In this document: positions 1 to 12,540 of the stretch, in pieces | How the letters are laid out: every line of letters begins with the position of its first letter | How positions within the stretch are numbered: position 1 is the stretch's first letter | Assembly (NCBI RefSeq): GCF_036321535.1 | Contig: NC_087436.1 | Location: 59,522,001 to 59,586,000, forward strand | Direction of reading: 5' to 3' | Origin: Camelus dromedarius | Taxonomy: Eukaryota | DNA length: 64,000 bases | Translations under genes and position numbers: made by a program | The notes under the pieces: model-generated | The model's input: the letters and a program-made list of their open reading frames with translations, nothing else | Told to the model about the DNA's origin: nothing | Databases searched by the model: none

Positions 1-254
1 TTCCACGCACAGTTAAAACCATGCAGGCCTCTATTTCTACTCTGGGGAAAACAAGAAAGAATCAGAGAAATGAAAAAAAAAAAAAGTCAAGGGAAATAGC
101 AGATGCTAAAGGGTAAGACGATAAATTCTAGAGAACTATTTTTCTTAAACGCACCAGCAAGCCTCTAGAAAGCACCTAATTGAAGTAAAATAGTTTGATC
201 ATTACCATATAAGGACCTCTTTATTTTCATCTCCAAATATATGTGTTAGAGAAG

Positions 255-460
255 AATAATAGTAGTAATAACCTTTAGTGAGTATTTATTGTGAGGCAGG
301 AATTAAGCTAAGTACATCACATCCCTTACCTCACTGAATCCTGTGTTCTACCTGGGAGATTTAGTATTACTCTCCCAGGTTTGCAGATGAATCTATTGAG
401 ACTGAGATGTTGCAATGTGTCCACACAACTAGTGAGAATCCCACAGAGTAGCGTAGAAGT
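255..460 (-). mobile_element. MIR SINE (degenerate)
   Basis: Reverse MIR core: 'aataatagtagtaataacctttagtgagtatttattgtgaggcagg...ttgcagatgaatctattgagactgaga...ttgcaatgtgtccacacaactagt'. Confidence 0.65.
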
Positions 461-1609
461 GTGCTGTAACACAAGTCCTCTTGAAAAGTGCTTTTGCATT
501 TTCCTAATCCCCTGTTTTGGTTTGGTACAGAAGACTTTGTCATTTTCTGTTTTATCTGAATTGCAACAATTCATGTCATAGCCAGATATTAGTTTTTCAT
601 TTCAAAAATAAAATATTTTTCATAATACAGATGTGAATAGTATTTGATATCTCAGTATAGTCTAGGGGAATCCTAAACTGGGCCTAATGAAATCATTGGT
701 TATTCCTGGGATCTTGCTTCTCAAGTTTCCCTGGCCAATTGACATAAGCCAGTATGTTTCCAAAAACAAAAACAAGGTCCAACATGAGAGATAATATTGT
801 AGAAAATCCTATAAGAAATTACATTTGTGGATTTTCTTCTTCTCTTCTTCAGTGAGGGAAATGACAAAACTTAAAGTTATTGAAGACAGATGTCTCTGAA
901 TAATGAATCCCATTTGCTCTTGTAGGAAAAAACTTGAAGCAAACAGCTGTATATGGATTCTTTCTTTTGAGGACTAAATGATAATAATAATCTGCTCAGC
1001 TCTCAAATATGGGTCAGCTCATGAGAAGGGGGCAAAGTTCTTTGATGTGGTAGACTGATGTGTGGTCCAGAGAGAGCTGTGTAGGCATTGAAGTAGGTTA
1101 GCGCCAAGAGCTGCAATATTAGGAAACAAAGTCTGAGAAACCTTTGTCCAGGATGAACCCTGAAGTTGGGTATCACCATCTTGGAGGGACAAAGTGAGTC
1201 TGCACAATAAGCTACATTAGCAAGGCAACATCACTGATCTGAGGCTATGAACTCTGAAAGAGCATGGGAAGGCTAAGCTTAACTCCGAGTTATTGAACTT
1301 CTGCTAACCGCAGTTCATTTGAGAAAGAAACGTGAGACCATTTTTGCAAGCTGGTTTTGTTATTGAGTAAATATGGCGTATTTATACCTGTTATATTGAC
1401 AGTAAATGACTAGAGAGACAGAGAAAGAAAGGATGAGGTGGAGAGAAAGAGAACAGAAATGTACTAAGACCCTGCATGACAAGGATAATAGCTTAAATAT
1501 TTCCAACAGTAAATTTTGCCCCAGGAAGAGTTGATGGCCTTCAGTCCCCCGCTCTACCTAAGTAAAATACTAATTGCCATACAAAAGTAATTACAAGAGC
1601 TTTCCTCAC

Positions 1610-1790
1610 TTTTCACTAACTTAATAAGCAAATGTTTATCAAATATCTACTGGGTTCAAGGGACTCGGCCATGGTGAGCTACAATGAGAAATGACAGAGA
1701 CGCAAACCCTACCCTGAGACGCTTGTGTTCTACTGCAGATAAGAGAAATTAGACAGTTAACTGCACACACAAATACTTGTTTATTTACTA
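1610..1790 (-). mobile_element. L2 3' end fragment
   Basis: 'aagcaaatgtttatcaaatatctactgggttcaagggactcggcc' resembles the reverse L2 3' terminus. Confidence 0.55.
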
Positions 1791-4062
1791 TTCTAATTAT
1801 AAATCATTGTTATGAAGGAGAAGTAACAGAAGAGAGAATGACACACCTTTGTCAACATGAATTAGATCAGAAGTGAGCATGAGACTAAATTCGGACAATA
1901 GGGTGAAATGAAGCTTGCTACAGCTACTTAGAAATTTGAATTTAATCTTAAAATAGCAACAGTCTCTCTCCTTGCTGGACATCTCCTCAGAGAAATCTGA
2001 GACCAGTATCTCCTCTAGCTATTTCATTCTGAGCTTAATGACACAAAAAACCACACATGGTGGAAAAGACAAGAAATCCCAGGGAACTAGATCTAGAGCT
2101 GGGGCCACCGGGTTAAGTCAGCTTTGAAACTTGCCTTCTCTATTAAATGAATAAAAATTTTCTTTATTATTTGAATTTGAATTGGGTTTTTGTTATCTAC
2201 AGTTGAAACTATCCCAAATGATACAGCCTTACACAAGTCATTTAACCTCATAATATTTTTTATTAACAATATGAGTACTGAGGATATTAAATGCTTATTA
2301 TGACTATCTAATGAGATGATGTTTGTCACTGCACATTGCAATCTATAAACTAAGATACACTTTAAATTCATCATTTAGGAGTATGAGCAAAAAAAAAAAC
2401 AGATTTAAGTTTGTTCTTATCAAGAATCATGCCTATGCAAACTAAAATGGCAAAAATATGCTGGGTATTGTTTTTCACACAGAAGAATTAGGAAAGAACC
2501 ATTTTATGGCAACTACCAACAACATAACTGAACATTTACAAAAATTTTGTATGTCAAAACATGTCACATTTACTTTACAAGAGGAAGACAGTCCCTGAGG
2601 GAGAATACGAGAAAAAAATATTATGAAAAATAATAGTCAGTAAATAAAGGTAAACATTTTCTGTTAAACTGCACCAGCTGTTAGCATATATAAATATTTA
2701 CACCATCACCAACCCCATGTCAGTTGCTGAGCTAGGAAACACATTAAGTATCTGGATGAGGACCATAGGGTCTAGCATTGAGGCTGGGCACAGACAAGCA
2801 GACTTGAGAGACAGGAGAGTAACTAACCAGCCTGAAGAAGAACAGAAAGCTTGGATGTGACATGAGTGGGCAAGAATAAATGAAGTAGAACAACTCAGTA
2901 GTGGAAAAAGCTGGAGAGGTTAAGAACATATTCAACGACATTTAAAAGAACTTGCTTCAGAAAATTTCCCAGTGGATACATAAATTCTAATGTCAAGTTG
3001 GCATTTTATCTATACAGCTTTGAAAATGCCTTCGTCTGCTTTTAAGGAGCATAGTATTTATATTGATCATTACATTATCCCAATTTGGCCATGGGTAAAG
3101 AACAGAATTATGTTTTGGAAAGAGACTAGCCAATTGTTTTTGTTTATTTAGGTTAATAATTCTCAGTGTTTCCTAATAAGTACTTTTTGTTTGGCTTTTA
3201 TTTATCTGCATTGGATAACATTCAATGCTCCTCAACTAAATTGCAGGAAAGGATATTGGGTTTAACAGCATGATAATAGCTGGCTGAGTATTTTCTATTA
3301 CTGTTAGAAAAGTCTGAGGAATTTTAAAGACATTTAATAAAAGGAAAAAAATTATCAGAACTACCAAAATGTTAGTAAATCCTCCTGCATAAAATACTGA
3401 TTTTTGCCACAGCAAAGGAAAAAAAAAAGGAGTTTGTTAAAGGACCACAACTAAAAGACTGATTGAATGATTGTTCAGCAGCCTGAACTACGGCAAGAAC
3501 ATTGAGCCTAGAGAAAAAAGCAATCACTATTTTTGTTGGTATTTCAGCAGTGATAGAGAGGTCTGTGTGAACCTGTCACTACTCAGACTAATGAGGAGGT
3601 TTTTAGAGATCTATAGTATAGGCTTCTTCTTCTTTTTTTTTTTTTTATTTAAATCATGATTATCCTAAAGCACACAAAAATGTTTTAATATAGTACTGGT
3701 CATATTTTCTATAAATGTCTAAAAGAAAAACCTGTCAAATACAGACTCACCCTAGGTAGAATTAGTTCTTCTCAAATAGTCACATATAATGAAACAACGA
3801 TGGTTGTGCCTCCAATAAAATTATAAATTCTTGTTTGGTTTTTTTGTTGTTGTTGTTTTAGTTATTGACTTCTGAGTTTACTCCTCTATCTTGCTAAAAG
3901 AATTTCTGTTATGCTGCTTTTATTTTAAAAACAAAGAACATACATTTTATTACTCATATTTTGGGCTCAAACCTTTTCATCCAAACTATGAAGAATTATT
4001 ATTAAATCATTACCATAGTATTAAAAGATCCTATAGTCAAAGTTAGGATTAGTACTTTAGCT

Positions 4063-4241
4063 ATATGTGTGTGTGTGTGTGTATACACAAATGTATGTGT
4101 GTGTGTGTGTATATATATATATACACACATATTATATATTATATTACATTTTATATGTGTGTGTATTTATATATACACACACATATAAAATCCTTCAAAA
4201 ATGAACACAAATCAAATCTTTCATCATACACACACACACAC
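4063..4241. repeat. Compound (TG)n/(TA)n/(CA)n microsatellite
   Basis: Alternating purine-pyrimidine runs seen directly. Confidence 0.9.
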
Positions 4242-4639
4242 AGACATTCCATCTTAAGTGACCTGGTTCCAAAAAAATAAAAAATTTTTCATTATTTACA
4301 AGAAATTCAAGAACTGGTAAGGGTTAGGAAATTGCTATGAATCATTTATAGAGAACATAAACCAAATAAGGACAAAATAAGGACAAAGCACAAAATAAAA
4401 GTGTTTTTAAGGGTGGTTCTCTGGCAGTCTTAAAATATTACCAAAGGTATATAATATTCTTTTCAAATTCCATGATAAGTTTCTTTTAAAAACCACGTAT
4501 CACTTTCTACCACTAGTAAATATTTCTTATTTTTGCATGGGGAATAGATTTGGTACCCTGTACCAGGAGGAAAAATGACTGTAGGAATTATTATAGAGCA
4601 GGATACAAATTATGATAAATCAACCTTCTAAATTTCTCC

Positions 4640-4800
4640 TTTGGGAAGGCAATATTGCATACTGGTTAAATGTAGACCTAGTGCAATTCCCGGATCCTCC
4701 AATTACAGGCTGTGTAACCATGAGTGTGTTACTTAAACTTCATAAACTTCAGTGTTCTCATCTACAACATGAGGAAAAACATACCTACTCAACAGTGTTT
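4640..4800 (+). mobile_element. MIR SINE
   Basis: 'ggctgtgtaaccatgagtgtgttacttaaacttcataaacttcagtgttctcatctacaacatgagg' matches the MIR core. Confidence 0.7.
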
Positions 4801-7649
4801 CAGCTCAGGGCTTCGAAGGCCTGGAGCAAAGGAGATTTCCTGAAAGGATGGAAAAATGTGTACTTTCTACAAACAGCTAGTGGGCCAGAGAAAAGAATAA
4901 TAATAGGACAAGACTTCTGGGGAAGAGTAAGAGGTAATATTTGAGTCATAAGAACGAGAATACAAGACTGGAAGGCCTAAAATAAGCATCACTATGTATT
5001 AAAAATATTAAAAACTCATCTGAAAATGAGAGACCCCTATCTCAGCATCAGCCCGTGATAACTGTATAACAAAAGTAGGACAAGACAAAGCAGCCTGGGC
5101 TTGTGAAGAGAGAGAATTTTAGGAAGCTGGTATTTGACATGAAGCAGAAAGGAGATCGGGACATTACCAGCAGGTTGACCTTGTCCATTTACTTAATAGG
5201 TGATAATGGTAAACTTACACAGGCTGTATGACATTCAGGTTTTCTACTAAAGCATCCAGAGAGGGTTGTTTTGAAGAGCCAGACAAGAAGTAGAAATACA
5301 GAAATTCACACATGTAAGTGGTGATGATCTTGTGATACTGAATAAAATGACAGTAATCTTCCAGTCACTTTCATACAGACAGTCACTCTCAACCTGAATC
5401 TATCTGCCCTTCAAATTGGGAATCGCTCTCTGAGATCACAATGCAGAGAGATCAGCTTGTAAGACTCAAGAGTCATTTACACAAACATTAATCAAGGCAA
5501 AGAAGAGCAATAGCCTGGAGCCTTCCAAACTTCATTTGCTTTTCAACAAAAACCAGAAACAACTATTGCTGCAAGTGTTGTGTTATAATTTTGTAACTTC
5601 CCACTTATTTTCCAATTATGTTAGCCTTCTTTCTGTTCTCTTGACATTACTAGCAATAAAAACTCTCCACTTCAAAAGAGCAGAGGAAGTTAGGAATATT
5701 GTATCCTATGGAGATCTGCCAGTACAGGATTGCATCTTCAGAAGTAATCGGTGGTAGCCATGAACAGAAAGGCAAATGGACCAAACCTCCAGGACTTCGG
5801 CTTAGGGGAGGAAAAAAAAAAAATGAATATAAACTCATCCTAGGACCAGTCAGAAATCCCTGTAGGTTTGGGGAATGTGTATGTTTGTGATGTCATTCCC
5901 TGTCATGGCATGTTGAAACGATATGATCACAGCATGGAATTCTCATTTCAAAACAGAGACAAGAAAGACTAGGAAGATGTCTTTTCTAATTACTTTCCAC
6001 TCCTTTTCCATATTTCTAATTCAAACAAAGCTGAATTGGAGAGATTTGCCCTACTGCTGATAGTGATAGCAGATGTGTGGAGAAACTTTGTCCATCATAA
6101 CTTAACGGGACTTCACAATTCTTAGTCATATACACATTAAGGAAAAAATTTTTCCAAAAGATTGTTTCTTCAAGGGCATCTTTTTTTTTTTTTTCTAAAT
6201 TTAGTCTCAAATTACTTTTAAAACTATTTTGTTGAATAGTCATTCTTATTCCACTTGAGCTTGGGTTATTTTCCATTATTTTAATGATTTATATATGCTA
6301 AACAAACTTGCCAGAGGAGAACTCCTACAGAGTTCAACCATCCGTTTGATATACTTTAAATGTTTTAAGTTTTAAATGTAAACAAGCTATTCCCATCTTA
6401 TTAAGTTTCACGAGTTTAAGAATCATGTCCAATTAGAGCAAAGATGTAATCTCATGGTTTAAAGGAGGATGGAAGGTGTGGTAATCAAAATCGTATTTTC
6501 TAATACTGTCTTTACTTTAAATCAAGATTTTTATCATTTGTTTATATGGAAAGGAGAAAATATTAAGAGCTATTCCTTGCCATTTAATATTAGTTATCTA
6601 TCTCCATCTTCATCTGTAGGTAGACAGGCAGATGAATAAAGAGAGAAATGAATAGTCAGATAGATATATATTTATGTTAAGTGGTATACAAGTTCCTTTC
6701 CTTTACATGTTATCTCTAGAAATCTTCTGCATCCTTGCTACCAAAGTGTCTAGGAAAATGATTTCTTGTCCTCAAGGGGTTAACAGCAAGAAAACAATGT
6801 ATGCATGGGAAGCTATCTTGTTGCAACTTCCAGATCACACAGAGATGATCAAAAAAAGGTTTACAGAAGTTACCATTAAGAAGCAAGTGCAAATTTCCTA
6901 GTAAGGATCATAAGCCTAAAAGGCCCTCCAGATTTATCCAATGAGGAAACCAGGTCTGTACTTAAAATGTTCATTTTGGGGAGTAGCTGTGGGAAATACC
7001 TAAGGATCACACATGTGTTAGTCATGTAGATATGATAATTACATGTTAAAAATTTAGAACATGCTAGTTATCTGAAAAAAAGATGGCATTTTATTGTTCA
7101 GAGTTCAGTCTTCAATTACCTGAGCAGAGAAGTAGTTTGTAGCACCCTCAATCATGGTTAGAACACATGCCTATTTTCCTAACATCAGCTTAGGCAGCAT
7201 CCAAGTCGACATAAAATAGTTATGAGAGGCTGTAACTAAAGATTTTAACTTTGATTCACTTGTTTTCCAGCTCATTTTAAAAGTCCGGCTAAGAGAAACT
7301 GTATAAAGGAAAATATCCCAAAGAATATGCTTTCCATCTACTCCTTCAGGTATTATTGTTTCTCTATTTGAATCAAGCTACATTTAAGCATCATATAACT
7401 ACACCTCAGTAGCTCACACCCTTGCAGAAATGTTTTAACCAAGTTTAAGTTTAATGTAGAGGTTTTTTCTGTTTTGTTTTTGCTGTTATTGTTGTTTTGT
7501 GAATTGACGTTTAATATAAGTAATTCCTAAAGTTCTGAACATTCTGTATGTCATGGTGGGAGACTGTTAATTATTTTCAGAAACTGGTGCATTGTCAGGA
7601 GCATAATGAATGTGTGACTCCATTTATTCATTCTCTAACATTATGTATT

Positions 7650-8884
7650 AAAAAAAAACCTCAAAATGGATTAAAGACCTAATAATAAGACTGGATAAAA
7701 TTCCTGAAGGAAAGCATAGGCAGAACACTCTTTGACATAAATTGTAGCAACATTTTTTTGATTTGTCTCCAAAAACAAAGAAAGTTAAAGGAAAAACAGA
7801 TAAATGGGATCCAACTAAACTTAAAAGCTTTCGCACAGCAAAAGACACCATTGACAAAATGAAGACAACCTACTAAATGGGAGAAAATATTTGCAAGTGA
7901 TATGACTGATAAGGGGGAACTGTATCCAAAATATATAAACAATTCATACAATTCAACATCAAAAAAAAAAAAAACAACAAAAACAAATAAATAGATTAAA
8001 ACATGGGCAGAAGAACAGTACAGACATTTTTCCAAAGAGGAAATGTAAATGGCCTACATGCAAAGATGCTCAACATTGCTAATCATCAGGGAAATGCAAA
8101 TCAAAACCACAATCAGATATCACCTCACACCTGTCAGATGGCTATCATCAAAAAGAACACAAATAACAAATGTTGGCGAAGATATGAAGAAAAAGGAACC
8201 CTTGTACACTGTTGGTGGCAATGTAAATTGGTGCATTCACTGTGAAAAACAATGTGGAGGTTTGTCAAAAAACTAAAGCTAGAACTAAGACCCAGCAAGT
8301 CCACTCCTGGGTATGTATCTGGAAAAAACAAAAACACTAATTTGAGATGATACATGAAACCCAATGTTCATAGCAGCATTATTTACAATTGCTAAGATAT
8401 GGAAGCAACCTAAGTGTCCATCAACAGATGAAAGGATAAAGATGTGGTTTATATATACAATGGAATACTACTCAACCTTAAAAAAGAATGAAATTTTGCC
8501 ACTGGCAGAAACATGGATGGACTTGGAGAGCATTATGCTAAGTGAAGTAAGTTAGACAGAGAAAGATAAATACTGTATGATATCACTTACATATGGAATT
8601 TTTAAAATACAACAAACTAGTGAATATAACAAAAAAGAGCAGACACAGAGAACAAACTGTGATTACCAATGAGGAGAGCAAAGGTGGGGAGGGGCAATAT
8701 AGGGGTAGAGGATTAGGAGGTACAAACTACTAAAATAAGCTACAAGGATATACAGTACAACACAAGAAATATAGCCAATATTTTATAATAACTATAAATG
8801 GGGTATAACCTTTACTAACTGAATCACTATTTGGTACTCCTATAATCTGTATAATATTACACATCAAGTATACTTCAATAAAAA
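7650..8884 (+). mobile_element. 5'-truncated L1 (end of ORF2 plus 3'UTR), cetartiodactyl-type
   Basis: Frameshifted ORF2 C-terminal peptides in the track ([47 protein letters not shown]); L1 3'UTR ending 'tacttcaataaaaa'. Confidence 0.95.
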
Positions 8885-9769
8885 TGTTTTTAATGTTTCT
8901 TTTTTGAATATTAGTTTATATCCCTTTTATTTTTGCATTCATTAAGTATTTTTATACTATAAGCATACCTCTACATCACCAGAATGAAGAGTTTTTACTG
9001 GAAAATGTGAGGAATTTAAGCTTTTTATCACATAGTAATTTTTCTTCAGTATATAATTTTTGTCTTGGAGCCCCTAATACCCAGCCTTTAAAGATAATCC
9101 AATAATTTGGTTGGAGGACGATAAAAAATATATTTATTCTTTTAATCAATTCTGCCATGTTTATCTTTCTAAATGTTTATTTCATAATAGTAATAGTATA
9201 TGAATTGCTAAAAGATATTTTCTATTTAATATATGTATCTCAGATTGGTATCATATAAAGAACATTTTTTTTTCATGAGACAAACTAATCTTTTATAACA
9301 ATTATATAAAAAAAGTTATTTCAAAAAGTTGTTTCAAGTAATTATCTTGTATTTGCTGATAGAAAACAGCTTTTTCCAATTGGTTGAATAGTTTCAGATG
9401 AAGCCTGAAGAAAAAAGAATTTCAGGTCTTTTCCTATGAACTGATGCCCTTCCTGAGGTAGATTTTTAAATGTGATTATCCAACTGTAATATTAATTCAG
9501 AAGATACCATCTCTGTAAAATACCACTACTATGAACAACTGTCTTTCTGTATCTTAACTTTATGAAAACTGATCTATCAGCACTTGCACAAAATGAAGCA
9601 GTATGTATGCCATAATGAGGAAATCAAAATATTCACTTGAAAGTCATGAAATGGAATGAATAAAGCAACATTACCTTGGAAATGTACAGAATCTTTTACT
9701 GAAAAATATCTGTTCTTTAGAGAACTGTCTTTCTTCCTCTCTCCTTCCCTCCCTTTCTTCCTCTTCCAA

Positions 9770-10380
9770 GGCTGCATTATATCCCATGGTATGCATGCTC
9801 TAAAATTTACCCAGCTAGTCTCACATTGATAGACCATCGATCCAGTTTTAATAGTTTGCTACTATCAACAATGCTTCAAATAAATAATTGTACATATATC
9901 ATTAAGCACTGGTGGTTTCATATCTATGTGATGGGTTTTGAGAAGTGCACTGCTGGGTCAAAGAGTGCATTTTAACAGATGTTTTCAGAATGTTTTTTAA
10001 ATGGTTGCTTTCACCATAATGTTAAATGTTCTTTAAAAAAAAAGATAACTATGTGAGGTGATAAATGTGTTAATTAACTAGATACGGGAGAAATTCACAT
10101 TTCCACTAGCAAAATAAGCATTTTTCTGGCATCCCAGTCAGCAATTGCTATAACAGGGTTTTCAGATTTTTTACAAGTCTAAGGGATATAAAGAGTTAAC
10201 TCGTAAATATAAGTTACATTCTGACAACCAGTAAGTTTGAATATATTTTTATATTTATTTTCTATCTGAATTTGTTTTTTTTTTTTGTTTGATTTGTTTT
10301 TGTCTCCTTGGCATTTATTAAGAGCTCTTTGCATATGATAGATAGTAATCTACAGTCTGTCCTGTTTCAAATTTTCTTCC
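9770..10380 (-). mobile_element. Old L1M (L1ME/MC-like) fragment, interrupted by a short + strand L1 3'UTR piece at about 10036-10090
   Basis: Reverse L1 motifs 'tttgctactatcaacaatgcttcaaataaataattgtacatatatc' and 'agaagtgcactgctgggtcaaagag'; insert 'aaagataactatgtgaggtgataaatgtgttaattaactagat'. Confidence 0.65.
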
Positions 10381-10458
10381 CAAGCATTTCTATTCTCAAA
10401 ATAGACAGAAATGTGTGAAACAACACCTCTCAATCCTGATATTTTTCTGTTTACTTAC

Positions 10459-10481
10459 AAATCTAGCACTCAACACGTACC
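10459..10481 (-). other. Candidate 23-nt microexon
   Basis: Minus strand reads tattgctttttAG|GGTACGTGTTGAGTGCTAGATTT|GTAAGT; only the phase-1 frame is open (xYVLSARF). Confidence 0.3.
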
Positions 10482-11169
10482 CTAAAAAGCAATACCCTTA
10501 TCTGGCATGAAATTCCAAAGAGGGGAGAGATAGAATGTCATCAATTAAGAAAAACTCATGCTTTTCCCTCCCCTTTGAAAGTATTATTGTAAGAACATGA
10601 AATGGTAACAGTGCAGGGGGTATTTCAAATTTCTTATTTGTTCTCAAGGAGTTAATGGTTCCAAAAATCAGACACAGAAACTTGAAAATAAAAGGCTAAC
10701 AGTCATCCGTGATATGAAACCAACTGAAGTTCAGAGGGAAACAGAGATTCAGGAGATAAAGTCCAAGCCTGGCTGGTATCTGGTCCAGCCTCTGCTGCTT
10801 TATCTTTCATTCTAACTTTCCTCAGTAATTCTTTAGGCTTTTTTCTGAAGAATGTATTGCTCTAGTAGTCTAAGCGAAGCAAAGCTAATTAGATTGGCAA
10901 AGTGACTTTATTAAGCAATCATCTTTGTACTTTGTAATCTTAATTTGCATAAATACAAAATTTATACCATTAATCAGTGGGTTTGTGGCAGTGAACAGCA
11001 TTATTTCAGTGTAAGAACTATTTTAAACGTAGTTATACAAAGAAACAGTAGCAGGTTGTTAAATAGAACATTTTTTATTTCAATTATATACACATGTAGA
11101 TGTATGTGTATATACAAGTACACACACATTACGTGTGTATCAAATATCCTACTTGATTGTGAAAACAAG

Positions 11170-11330
11170 CCCATGAAGTAGGTATGGCAGAAATTAAAAG
11201 CCTAATTTTACAATGAAAGACAGATACTTAAATTCAAAATGGTGATTGTTGTGAATAGTCAAAGTGTAAATGAGCAGTAGCCTAGGCCAATGCCCCAGGC
11301 TTCGGATAACTGATTATGCGTTTTAACCTT
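11170..11330 (-). mobile_element. MIR SINE (degenerate)
   Basis: 'aacaagcccatgaagtaggtatggcagaaattaaaagcctaattttacaatgaaagacagatactta' resembles reverse MIR. Confidence 0.5.
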
Positions 11331-11772
11331 TAAAAATCATCATGATATAAATATGGAATTGAAATATATTTCTTCAACTACAAATGAAGTAGTTCTTTTT
11401 TGTTCCCTATCTTTGAGAGAAACATTCCATAACATTTTATGAAATTAATACTTATTATTCATGTATCCATAACAGACATTCGTCATTGTAGTGATTCAGT
11501 TCTGGTACTTTAATTTTTCCAACCATTAGAGATGTGGTTAAATTTGCTTTGCCCACAAAGGATGACACAATCTGGTTACTGTTCTCTCTTCAATTTATCC
11601 TTCTGCCTCAGTCCCCAGATTACTTTTACTTACTTTGTTTAATCTGGGCCTTTACTCATTAAAAAATAATGTAGATAAGAAAGGAGAAATACCACCAGAA
11701 AGTCACTATAATGTCTTTGAAAATGAAATTTTTTTTTTTCTTTTTGTGTTTGTTATCTTCTACCTCCACTAG

Positions 11773-11846
11773 CTTCAATTAAGTTCTGGAATCAGATGGC
11801 CAGGACTAACTTCGTGATTTCATCATTTGCTTGTTACGCGACATTG
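11773..11846 (+). ncRNA. Candidate internal exon (74 nt) of an antisense lncRNA or smORF transcript
   Basis: Long polypyrimidine tract 11729-11770 ending in TAG, then TTG|GTATGT donor at 11847; three CpGs retained in a CpG-poor window. Confidence 0.45.
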
Positions 11847-12311
11847 GTATGTTATTTAACTTTAATTTTTTTCATGGGTTAAAATTTCACTGGATATGCC
11901 ATTTAAAGGACTCAAATCAGTGCACTGAATGTAATGAGTTGTATTATTCTCAGATACACTGACTGTGACTACCTCTAAATACCATTATTACTGTTAGAAT
12001 TCATGGTGTTTTCTTTTTGGTTGAACCCTGGAAACTGGTTAATATCTTAAGATGAATAAATATATCTTCATTTCTTACTGTGTTGACCTTCTCTCTCATG
12101 TAAAAGTTTGTTTATTAAATGGATCAATATTAATGACAGTCACTCCTAGTTAATATTAAGGAAAGCTATTAAGATGTCTATGTCTTTACTCAAGTGTGCT
12201 CTAAGGTCAGTTTTTAGTCTTGTAAAATTATCCTTTAAGTAAGTTGAGTCTTAAATAACCCAGACTTTAGCTTATTATTAAGAGTTTTATCATCAACAGT
12301 TTTTGTTTTAG

Positions 12312-12540
12312 CCCTTGCTATGCCAGTAATGGATCATTAAGCATGGGATGAACTCTAAGAAAGTTATAAGGAATCCTGTTATTTGATTGTCCTATGACAA
12401 TAGTGCAATGTGTACTTGAACTCATGTTAGAGATTTTTGGAACACATAGTTACTATGAGGAATTGCTGCTCCACCAATATAAGCTTATTTCACAAATTAC
12501 TCTGTTTTGTACTGCCAATAAATTTTTAAAATGTAGAAGG
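12312..12540 (+). ncRNA. Candidate terminal exon of the same antisense transcript
   Basis: ttttgttttAG acceptor ending at 12311; TGTA at about 12509 and AATAAA at 12517-12522. Confidence 0.35.

Noticed and set aside
3745..3815. Minus-strand GTGAGT donor with upstream AG
   Set aside because: Poor GAG acceptor and stops in all frames; probably a pseudo-exon.
4065..4280. MCVCVC... ORF (also 17069-17417)
   Set aside because: Translation of dinucleotide microsatellites.
4612..4944. 110-aa plus-strand ORF
   Set aside because: Runs through a MIR; no homology recognised.
7648..8555. Cluster of overlapping ORFs up to 118 aa
   Set aside because: Frameshifted L1 ORF2 remnants and their antisense frames; not a host gene.
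10930..10950. Octamer ATTTGCAT with an upstream CTTTGT
   Set aside because: The spacing does not fit the SOX-OCT composite, and a single motif in AT-rich DNA is uninformative.
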